Positions 38,002 through 45,800 of a stretch of DNA of 64,000 bases are shown in pieces. A program made the translations under genes and the position numbers. The stretch is from an uncultured Porphyromonadaceae bacterium (GTDB lineage Bacteria > Bacteroidota > Bacteroidia > Bacteroidales > UBA12481), in NCBI GenBank assembly GCA_964457845.1, contig CAYWHP010000006.1, positions 9,266 through 73,265 on the forward strand, read 5' to 3'. The notes beneath the pieces were generated by a model that saw only the letters and a program-made list of their open reading frames with translations, was not told where the DNA came from and did no database searches. How positions within the stretch are numbered: the first letter of the stretch is position 1; each line of letters starts with the position of its first letter.

Positions 38002-40413
38002 ATGATATTCAATAATTTAAAATCCAAATCACTACTATTCTTTGCCCTGTTGACCGTTTGGGCCATTCAGCCTTCCCTGGCACAGAATTCCGGCCGGATT
38101 GAAGGCAAGGTGATCGATGCGAACAACAATGAGTTGTTGCCCTTTGTGAACGTCATTGTGAAAGGTACTACGGTTGGGGCAACGACTGACCTTGACGGAA
38201 AATTCATCATCACCGGACTAACCCCGGGGTTTGTAACCCTGCAGGCTTCATTTGTCGGTTATGAAATGGGGCTGTCGCCTGAAGTTCAGGTGACGAATGC
38301 CAACCCTGCGTACGTTGAAATCAGGCTAACCCCTAAAGAAACGGCGATAAAAGAGGTTGTCGTAAGGGCGTCGCCTTTCCGCAGGACGGCAGAAAGCCCG
38401 GTTTCGCTGACCCGCATAGGTGTAAGTGAAATCGAAACCAATCCCGGCAGCAACCGCGATATTGTAAAAGTGATCCGTTCGTTTCCGGGTGTCGGGTCCG
38501 GCGCCTCTTTCCGAAGCGACATCATCATCCGCGGAGGCGGTCCGAGCGAGAGCCGCTTTTACCTCGACGGGATGGAAATCCCAAACCTGAACCATTTTGC
38601 CACGCAGGGAGCTTCCGGCGGTCCGAACGGCATTCTAAACGCCGACTTAATCAACGGAGTTAACTTCTATTCAGGTGCTTTCCCGGCATCGCGTGGCAAC
38701 GCTCTCAGCGGCGTATTCGAGTTTACGCAGCCCGACGGAAACCCGGAAAAGATTAAGGTGCGCGGAACGCTGGGTGCCTCAGAATTGAGCCTCACGCTCG
38801 ACGGTCCTATTGCAAAGAACACTACCATGATCTTCTCCACCCGCGCCAGTTACCTGAAATTTCTTTTCAACCTGATTGGCCTTCCTTTTCTTCCAACCTT
38901 TTACGACTGGCAGATGAAGGTTAAAACGAAACTGAGCCCCAAAGATGAATTATCAATTATTTCCATCGGATCATGCGACCTTTTCAAGTTGAACGAAGGA
39001 ATCAAAAACCCGACCCAGACTCAGGAGTATATTCTTACCAACATCCCTGTAAATACGCAGTGGACCTATGCTATCGGTGGCGTTTACAAGCATTTCCGTG
39101 AAAAATCATACCAGACCTTGTCGCTTAGCAGGAACATGCTGAACAATCGCACGTTCAAATATCCTGACAATGATGAATCCCGTCCGAAAGTCCTCGACTA
39201 TGTATCGCAGGAAATCGAAAACAAGTTCCGTTATGAGAACGACACACGTAAGGGCACATTAAAGTTAACTTATGGTTTATCCGGGGAATATGTAAAGTAC
39301 AATAACAATACCGACCAGCAGATTTATGCTGATGGCCAGCTACAGAACATTAAATACCAGGCAGATATCAGTTTCTTTAAATACGGGGCATTTGCCCAGG
39401 CCAGCAAGACATTTCTTGACAGCCGGCTGACAACTTCATTCGGCGCCCGGATCGATGGCAACAGCTATTCATCAAGCATGAGCAATCCCTTGAAGCAGTT
39501 TTCCCCAAGGATCTCAGCCTCCTATTCGCTTACCGAAAAATGGAGCATCAATATGAACAGCGGAAGATACTACCAGCTTCCTGCCTACACGACGCTCGGC
39601 TACAAGAATCTGGCCGGCAATTATGTAAATCGCGATAACAACCTGAAATACATCACATCCGACCATATCATCGCCGGTGTGCAATATCAGCCGAAGGACA
39701 ATTTGGTGGTGACGCTGGAAGGCTTCTACAAATACTACCGCAACTATCCTTTCTCTGTAAGGGACTCATTGAGTCTGGCATCCAAGGGTGCCGACTTTGG
39801 TGTGATCGGCGACGAGGAAGTGCTGTCAACCGGCGAGGGACGCGCCTATGGATTCGAGGTCATGAACAGGTCGAAATTTGAGGAGAGCCTCAGACTCAAC
39901 GTGATCCTTTCCTACACATATGTTATCAGCGAATACAGGAAGCTCAACGGCGAGTTCCAGTCGACCAGCTGGGACAGCAGGCACATCTTCAACCTTACTG
40001 TTTTCAAGGGATTCGGCAAAAACTGGAGTGCAGGGCTCAAATGGCGCTACCTTGGCGGCCAGCCCTACACCCCGTACGATCTTGAAACATCATCACTGAA
40101 ATCAGCCTGGGATGTAACCGGCAGGCCGCTGCTCGACTTCGACCAGCTTAATTCTGTTCGTCTGGCACCCTTTCACCAGCTTGATATAAGGATCGACAAG
40201 CGGTTCTACTTCAAGAAATGGTCGCTGATGGCCTATTTCGACATTCAGAACGCATACGGATTCCAGTCGGAGCAGCCCGACTATGTTGTAAGGGCAAAAG
40301 ATGCCGCAGGCAATTACATTCTAACCGATGGCGGGACGAAGTATCAGCTTGAAAGCATTAAGTCGACTTCAGGGACCGTGTTGCCATCGATAGGGATTAT
40401 GATTCAGTTCTAA
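38002..40413 (+). CDS. TonB-dependent receptor with an N-terminal carboxypeptidase-regulatory-like domain
   Basis: 803 aa with a signal peptide. It has a GKVIDANNNELLPFVNVIVKGT domain, a plug region (VSLTRIGVSEIETNPG) and a C-terminal aromatic residue (MIQF). Confidence 0.85.
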   Translation: MIFNNLKSKSLLFFALLTVWAIQPSLAQNSGRIEGKVIDANNNELLPFVNVIVKGTTVGATTDLDGKFIITGLTPGFVTLQASFVGYEMGLSPEVQVTNANPAYVEIRLTPKETAIKEVVVRASPFRRTAESPVSLTRIGVSEIETNPGSNRDIVKVIRSFPGVGSGASFRSDIIIRGGGPSESRFYLDGMEIPNLNHFATQGASGGPNGILNADLINGVNFYSGAFPASRGNALSGVFEFTQPDGNPEKIKVRGTLGASELSLTLDGPIAKNTTMIFSTRASYLKFLFNLIGLPFLPTFYDWQMKVKTKLSPKDELSIISIGSCDLFKLNEGIKNPTQTQEYILTNIPVNTQWTYAIGGVYKHFREKSYQTLSLSRNMLNNRTFKYPDNDESRPKVLDYVSQEIENKFRYENDTRKGTLKLTYGLSGEYVKYNNNTDQQIYADGQLQNIKYQADISFFKYGAFAQASKTFLDSRLTTSFGARIDGNSYSSSMSNPLKQFSPRISASYSLTEKWSINMNSGRYYQLPAYTTLGYKNLAGNYVNRDNNLKYITSDHIIAGVQYQPKDNLVVTLEGFYKYYRNYPFSVRDSLSLASKGADFGVIGDEEVLSTGEGRAYGFEVMNRSKFEESLRLNVILSYTYVISEYRKLNGEFQSTSWDSRHIFNLTVFKGFGKNWSAGLKWRYLGGQPYTPYDLETSSLKSAWDVTGRPLLDFDQLNSVRLAPFHQLDIRIDKRFYFKKWSLMAYFDIQNAYGFQSEQPDYVVRAKDAAGNYILTDGGTKYQLESIKSTSGTVLPSIGIMIQF

Positions 40414-40448
40414 AAGGCAGGAAGGCAGGAAGGCAAGAGGGCAGGAAG
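40414..40448 (+). repeat. purine-rich word repeat (AAGGCAGG units) immediately after a stop codon
   Basis: AAGGCAGGAAGGCAGGAAGGCAAGAGGGCAGGAAG, read directly from the sequence. Confidence 0.9.
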
Positions 40449-40476
40449 TAAAGTCCTAAAGCAATTAAGAGATAAG

Positions 40477-40511
40477 AAAAAAGGTCGTTGGGATCCCCAA
40501 CGACCTTTTTT
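40477..40511. terminator. bidirectional rho-independent terminator between convergent genes
   Basis: A6-GGTCGTTGGG-at(c)-CCCAACGACC-T6. Confidence 0.85.
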
Positions 40512-40543
40512 CTTAATACATAAAGCACTTGGAATTTTACTTT

Positions 40544-40572
40544 TTGCCCTCCTGCCTTCTTGCCCTCTTACC
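40544..40572 (-). repeat. purine-rich word repeat (minus-strand sense) immediately after a stop codon
   Basis: The minus strand reads GGTAAGAGGGCAAGAAGGCAGGAGGGCAA. It is an inverted partner of 40414-40448. Confidence 0.85.
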
Positions 40573-42345
40573 TTATTTCAGCTGCAATGCAAGCCGTTCT
40601 GCAATCTTCCGATACCCTTCCCCATTCGGGTGGAGACCATCGGTAAACATCGACTCATCAATTTTATTGTCGGGCAGAAGCAAGTCCTGGCCCACATCGG
40701 CATACCGGACGTTTAGTTTACCGGCAAGCCGGGCATACTCGAGATTAATCCGCGCAACCCTGACTTCCTGCTGGCGACGCGGATAAAGCCCAAGGAGCAG
40801 GATATCGGCAGTTGGCTGACGCTGCCGTACGGCGCGCAGGAGCAATTCCATACCCTCGAGAATTTCGGCATCGGAATTCAGGTGAAGGTTATTTGTTCCG
40901 ATATTTATAATGACCCTATCGGCGGTGTAGCCATCCAGTTCTCCATGATACACGCGCCAGATGACATTTTCAACACGATCCCAGCCGAAACCGAAATTCC
41001 GTGCATCGACCGGATCGAGGATTTTTTTCCAGGAATCCTCACCACGGTGGAGCGGATGGGACGGCTCGCCGGCCCAGTAATGGGTTATTGAATTACCGAT
41101 AAAAACGGTTCCCGGCGGATTCTCCATATTCATTTCAAGCAGGGTTCGGTGCCGGGCTTCCCAGTCGTAGGTGCCCGGTTCGCGGGCCTGTGTGCAGGGC
41201 TTTGCCGCCGTCGACCTGCCGATGGGTTGATGAAGGATCTCCCGCAGCCGGGCCTCATAAGCTACTGCATATTGCTGCATACCCAGATCGGATGGATGGG
41301 TGCCGTCGACCATGGCATCAAGCGTAAGTCCTATTTCATCGCAGGTAAGGAGGTAAATACCGGTCAGGCCTTCGGATTTCAGACGGGCAAAAGCCACGTG
41401 CTGAGCTTCATTGGCGTATATATAATCCTTTTGGCGAACAGGATTTATTAAGCCGTCGGTATATCCGGCATGGTCGGTAAGCAGCACCGGAACCTCCGGC
41501 CTTTTGCTGCGCAACTCTTTAACGCTGGTCATAATACGCCGAATGACTTCCTCAGCGGGATAATTCTTTGCGCTGACGAGATTTGGCAGGCAGTCGAGAA
41601 CATAAACTTCCGCATCGATTTCTGTCATCAGGCTGATCAACTCCTTTTCCAGCCGGCCATTGCCTGAAAAGGCCAGGTTCACAAGCGGCAGGTCGAAACT
41701 GCGGCCAAGGATTGCGGTCCACGCCATGCCCGGTCGGGATGCGCAGGCGCCCTGACCGATTGAGGTACCGTATACTACGATGGGTTTTTCCATTCGCACT
41801 GGCAGCTGCTCAATATTCGCGGTATCGGGAACGCCGATCTGCAGCCATTTCACGGAATTGTAAAGCGGCAGATAAAGCCGGTATTCCCTTCCCTGCCGGT
41901 GATTGGCTTCGGCCGGGTTGATGCCGTTGAAATCAAACCGGACCGTATCGCCGAAAGAATAACGGGCGGCTGACCAAAGCCATGCTCCATCGGCGTTTTT
42001 TGCATAAAGATCAACCCCGCTGACCCCGGTGGATGGCATGTGGTGCATGCTGACAGGACCGCCAACGGCATAGCGGACGGAGATTTTTGCAGCGTCGGAA
42101 CGGAAACGGATCACCAAACCGGCAGCATTTCGTGACAGGTTCCAGACATCCGGCCGCACTGTTTTCTCAGCCCTCGACGGAAGCCTGTCGTATCGGCCGG
42201 TCACTTCAGCAGGCCAGGCCTGACCTTCAATCACCGGCACCTTAGAGTCTGCCGGGTTCCACCACACCATCTGCCCGGATTTTTGAGCATGTACTGCCGC
42301 GGCGACCCCGACGACTGCCAACAAAAGTAAAACTGACTTTTTCAT
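40573..42345 (-). CDS. secreted two-domain SGNH/GDSL hydrolase (carbohydrate O-acetylesterase-like)
   Basis: Signal peptide. First SGNH unit: VVYGTSIGQG ... DGTHPSDLG. Second unit: FIGNSITHYW ... IGTNNL ... DGLHPN. Confidence 0.8.
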   Translation of the reverse strand: MKKSVLLLLAVVGVAAAVHAQKSGQMVWWNPADSKVPVIEGQAWPAEVTGRYDRLPSRAEKTVRPDVWNLSRNAAGLVIRFRSDAAKISVRYAVGGPVSMHHMPSTGVSGVDLYAKNADGAWLWSAARYSFGDTVRFDFNGINPAEANHRQGREYRLYLPLYNSVKWLQIGVPDTANIEQLPVRMEKPIVVYGTSIGQGACASRPGMAWTAILGRSFDLPLVNLAFSGNGRLEKELISLMTEIDAEVYVLDCLPNLVSAKNYPAEEVIRRIMTSVKELRSKRPEVPVLLTDHAGYTDGLINPVRQKDYIYANEAQHVAFARLKSEGLTGIYLLTCDEIGLTLDAMVDGTHPSDLGMQQYAVAYEARLREILHQPIGRSTAAKPCTQAREPGTYDWEARHRTLLEMNMENPPGTVFIGNSITHYWAGEPSHPLHRGEDSWKKILDPVDARNFGFGWDRVENVIWRVYHGELDGYTADRVIINIGTNNLHLNSDAEILEGMELLLRAVRQRQPTADILLLGLYPRRQQEVRVARINLEYARLAGKLNVRYADVGQDLLLPDNKIDESMFTDGLHPNGEGYRKIAERLALQLK

Positions 42346-42366
42346 GGCGATTAAATTAATGAAAAA

Positions 42367-42387
42367 GGGGCGACCAAAGGCCGCCCC
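42367..42387 (-). terminator. rho-independent terminator downstream of the 42434 gene; a second hairpin lies at 42411-42430
   Basis: The minus strand reads GGGGCGGCC-ttt-GGTCGCCCC followed by TTTTT. The perfect palindrome GAGACGCAtttaTGCGTCTC is at 42411-42430. Confidence 0.7.
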
Positions 42388-42433
42388 ATTTCTTGTGGGA
42401 TATTTAAAAGGAGACGCATTTATGCGTCTCTAC

Positions 42434-43015
42434 CTATTTGCCGAACCACCAGAAATTGTCGGTTTTTTCGCCGATCCAGCGCATCCAGGCAATAATCTCA
42501 CTTACATCTTCATGCGTATTGATCTTTTGATAATCGCCGTTGGAGGCAAGCAGAACATTTTCGTACTTACCTGCCTTCTCATTCCAGTACCAGGCTGACA
42601 ATACTCCCGTTCCGGCGTCGGCCATAACCATTCCGCTGTCAATAATTTCGCCGTATCGGATATCCCTTATCCGGGAATAGTATTGCTCCAGATCCTTCCT
42701 GTCGACCGTGCCGCATATGGTATCGCACTGGGCAAGATTATAGGCAAGGTCGACTTCGGTCATGAGGCCGGTAGAATCCATCTCGATCCATTTTTCAGGA
42801 TTATCAAAAGCTCGTATTACACCCTGATTATCAATCATAAAGCCATTATGCCGAAATCCCCAGGCATAATTATAATACTCATATTGAAAGAGGACAGGGG
42901 TTCGTCTGCCCATGTGGGGGTCATGATCGGGGTTACAGTCGCATTCAATTTTGATGCAACCGGCAAGCGCAACAATGGAGACCAGTGCGAAAGAATAGAG
43001 GAATGTCCTTTTCAT
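42434..43015 (-). CDS. hypothetical lipoprotein
   Basis: MKRTFLYSFALVSIVALAGC lipobox. I recognised no family. Confidence 0.7.
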   Translation of the reverse strand: MKRTFLYSFALVSIVALAGCIKIECDCNPDHDPHMGRRTPVLFQYEYYNYAWGFRHNGFMIDNQGVIRAFDNPEKWIEMDSTGLMTEVDLAYNLAQCDTICGTVDRKDLEQYYSRIRDIRYGEIIDSGMVMADAGTGVLSAWYWNEKAGKYENVLLASNGDYQKINTHEDVSEIIAWMRWIGEKTDNFWWFGK

Positions 43016-43059
43016 TGTAATACGTTTTTGGTTGTTGGAACCAAGCAAATATAGTGCCG

Positions 43060-44574
43060 TTAGGGCTGTTTTGCGGCGCCAATTTTACCAGGCTCCCTCC
43101 GGCCATCCCCTTCTGCTCCGACCAGGTCATCTCCAAGGTCTGTTCGTGCCTCATTTACAAGAAGTTGAATTTTATCCACAACATCAGGATACATCTCCTT
43201 CACATCATATTGCTCACCCGGATCCCGACGAAGATCATACAGTGCAAGTCCGGACACCGCGTTCGCATAAGGGCCGGGCTTTCCGTCGTCGCGCGGGAGG
43301 ACGCTGACATAGCTGCGGTGGGGATGCGGCAGCACCAGTTTCCAGTTCCCCATCCGGATTGCCTCAAGGCTGTTCCGGTTATAATAGTACCGGAATGATG
43401 ACCTCGGTTCACACTCAAAATCGCCATTCAGTACCGGAGACAGATCGACCCCATCGATTTTATGCAATGGAATTGATGTTCCTGTAATTGCAGCGAGTGT
43501 TGGAAATATATCGATTGTTGCGGCCACCTGACCGGTAACTGTTCCTGCAGGAATGACACCGGGCCAGCGCATTATACACGGCACCCTCTGGCCGCCCTCG
43601 AAACTCGCACCCTTGCCCTCACGTAAACCGGCGGTATTTCCCGCATGGGCGCCGAAATTCAGCCAGGGACCGTTATCACTTGTGAATATAACCAGCGTAT
43701 TTTCATCAATATCAAGCTCTTCAAGGGTTCTCATGATCTCTCCCACTGACCAGTCGACTTCCATCATAACGTCGCCGAACCTACCCTGTTTGCTCTTGCC
43801 CTGGAATCTTTTCGACACGGCCAGGGGCGTATGCACCATGGTATGGGCAAAATAGAGGAAAAAAGGATCCTTTCGGTGGTTTCTGATAAACTTCACGGCC
43901 CGGTCGGTATAGATTGTGGTTAGCGTATCCTGCTTAACCATGCTTTCCATTGTGTCGATGGTATCGTTGCCGTCGATCAGCGGCAGCGGGGGGTATCCGA
44001 CCCTTCCGGAGGAATCCGGCACATATTGATAACCTTCATAATGCAGCTGCGACATGTCGTTTGAGTAGGGCAGGCCGAGAAACTCATCGAAGCCGTTCTG
44101 AAGCGGCAGGAATGGCTTGAGGTGACCGAGGTGCCATTTGCCCACCATGCCGGTAGCATAGCCTTTTTGCCTGAGCAGTTCCGCCATGGTCATCTCAGTT
44201 TCATTAATCCCATGCCTGGCATTGGGGCCGATCGCGCCTGTCAGGCCAATCCGGTTCGGGTAGCAACCCGTCATGAGCCCCGCGCGTGAAGCCGTTGAAA
44301 CCGCCTGGGCAGCGTAGAACTGGGTGAAACGAAGGCCTCCGGCTGCCAGACGGTCGATATTGGGGGTCCTGTACCCGGCCGGTGCTCCATAGCAGGTAAG
44401 GTCGCCGTACCCCATATCGTCCATGAAGATCAGAATTACGTTGGGAGTAGTCACATCGGGCTTTTGCTGACAGGAGATCAGCAGGCCCAGGGTGGTAAGA
44501 CAGGTGAGGGATTGGATAGTGGGTTTCACAGGCGCGGCGTTTGGGAGGTTAAAGTACGAATTCTTCTTTTGCAA
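43060..44574 (-). CDS. arylsulfatase-family sulfatase, Ser-type active-site motif
   Basis: NVILIFMDDMGYGDL metal site. The active-site pentapeptide S-T-A-S-R (nt 44284-44298) fits (C/S)-x-(P/A)-x-R. GKWHLG is present, and there is a lipoprotein-like N terminus (LLISC). Confidence 0.9.
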   Translation of the reverse strand: MQKKNSYFNLPNAAPVKPTIQSLTCLTTLGLLISCQQKPDVTTPNVILIFMDDMGYGDLTCYGAPAGYRTPNIDRLAAGGLRFTQFYAAQAVSTASRAGLMTGCYPNRIGLTGAIGPNARHGINETEMTMAELLRQKGYATGMVGKWHLGHLKPFLPLQNGFDEFLGLPYSNDMSQLHYEGYQYVPDSSGRVGYPPLPLIDGNDTIDTMESMVKQDTLTTIYTDRAVKFIRNHRKDPFFLYFAHTMVHTPLAVSKRFQGKSKQGRFGDVMMEVDWSVGEIMRTLEELDIDENTLVIFTSDNGPWLNFGAHAGNTAGLREGKGASFEGGQRVPCIMRWPGVIPAGTVTGQVAATIDIFPTLAAITGTSIPLHKIDGVDLSPVLNGDFECEPRSSFRYYYNRNSLEAIRMGNWKLVLPHPHRSYVSVLPRDDGKPGPYANAVSGLALYDLRRDPGEQYDVKEMYPDVVDKIQLLVNEARTDLGDDLVGAEGDGRREPGKIGAAKQP

Positions 44575-44713
44575 GAGGGCGGAAGGAAGAAGTCGATTTT
44601 TAGGAATAATTAACTTTTCTTTTGCGGGTACTCACGGGTGATTTGGTAGCTTTACGCGGCTAAGAGCTGAATACAGCCAATCGAAAACCAAACTGCCAAT
44701 AATTAAGTCCAAC

Positions 44714-45784
44714 ATGATAATTAACAGAACATTAGCTGTCTGTCTTATACTGACGGCACTCACAGTTTCCTGCAAAGAGAAGCCCAAAGCGGGTCCGGCA
44801 GGCGGAGCGCGGCGCGCAGGAGCAGTAAACGTTGAGGTTCTTGTGATCAAACCTGACACAATGGTGAACGCATTTTACTCAACTGGTTCGCTGTTACCGA
44901 ATGAAAAGGTTGAGATCCGGAATGAAGTTTCCGGGCGAATCACAGGCATCTATTTCGAGGAAGGTGCTGAGGTGAAGCAGGGAACCCTTTTGCTTCAGAT
45001 CAACGACCGGGACCTGCAGGCTCAGTTAAACAAGAATTCGGTACAGGAAAAGCAGGCGCGTGACGAGGAGTACCGAAAAAGGCAGCTTCTCGAGATTAAG
45101 GCCATCAGTCAGGAAGAATACGATGTGGTATCCAACGCTTTGAAATCCGTTCAGGCCGAACGGCAGATACTTGATGCCCAGCTTGCCAAAACGCAGATAT
45201 TTGCACCATTATCGGGAAAGATCGGATTACGGAATGTAAGTCCGGGAACCTATATCCCATCCAATACGGTAATTGCCACGCTTCAGCAGGTTGATCCGAT
45301 TAAGGTGGAATTTTCTGTTCCTGAGAAATATACCCATTTGATCAAGCCGGGCATGGAGATCGGATTCGGCATGGACTACACGGAAGAGCGCTTCACCGGA
45401 AGAGTATATGCCGTTGAGTCGGGTGTGGATGAAGCAACACGAACGATACGTGTACGGGCCACTTGTCCGAACGGTAAACGGCTGCTGGTACCGGGCACTT
45501 TTGCCAGGATCAACGCCGTTCTCGAAAGCATACCCGATGCCATCAAGGTTCCTTCGGAAGCCATTGTCGGCGACATAACCGGCAACAAGGTATTTGTTGT
45601 GCGTAAAGGGATGGCCCGCTCGGTACCTGTTTTTGCAGGCATCCGTACAGAAAGGGACGTTCAGATCACCAGCGGTCTTCAGCCGGGCGACAGCCTTATT
45701 ATTACCGGATTGCTTCAAGTTAACGACGGGATCCCGGTGCTCGTCAAGGGCTTGCGCCAGGCGGCACCGGCCAGTTCAAAATAA
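44714..45784 (+). CDS. RND efflux periplasmic adaptor (membrane fusion protein)
   Basis: Lipoprotein signal (LTALTVSC), a coiled-coil hairpin, and barrel segments such as IFAPLSGKIGLRNVSPGTYI. Confidence 0.9.
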   Translation: MIINRTLAVCLILTALTVSCKEKPKAGPAGGARRAGAVNVEVLVIKPDTMVNAFYSTGSLLPNEKVEIRNEVSGRITGIYFEEGAEVKQGTLLLQINDRDLQAQLNKNSVQEKQARDEEYRKRQLLEIKAISQEEYDVVSNALKSVQAERQILDAQLAKTQIFAPLSGKIGLRNVSPGTYIPSNTVIATLQQVDPIKVEFSVPEKYTHLIKPGMEIGFGMDYTEERFTGRVYAVESGVDEATRTIRVRATCPNGKRLLVPGTFARINAVLESIPDAIKVPSEAIVGDITGNKVFVVRKGMARSVPVFAGIRTERDVQITSGLQPGDSLIITGLLQVNDGIPVLVKGLRQAAPASSK

Positions 45785-45800
45785 CTAACCCTCGGTCAAC

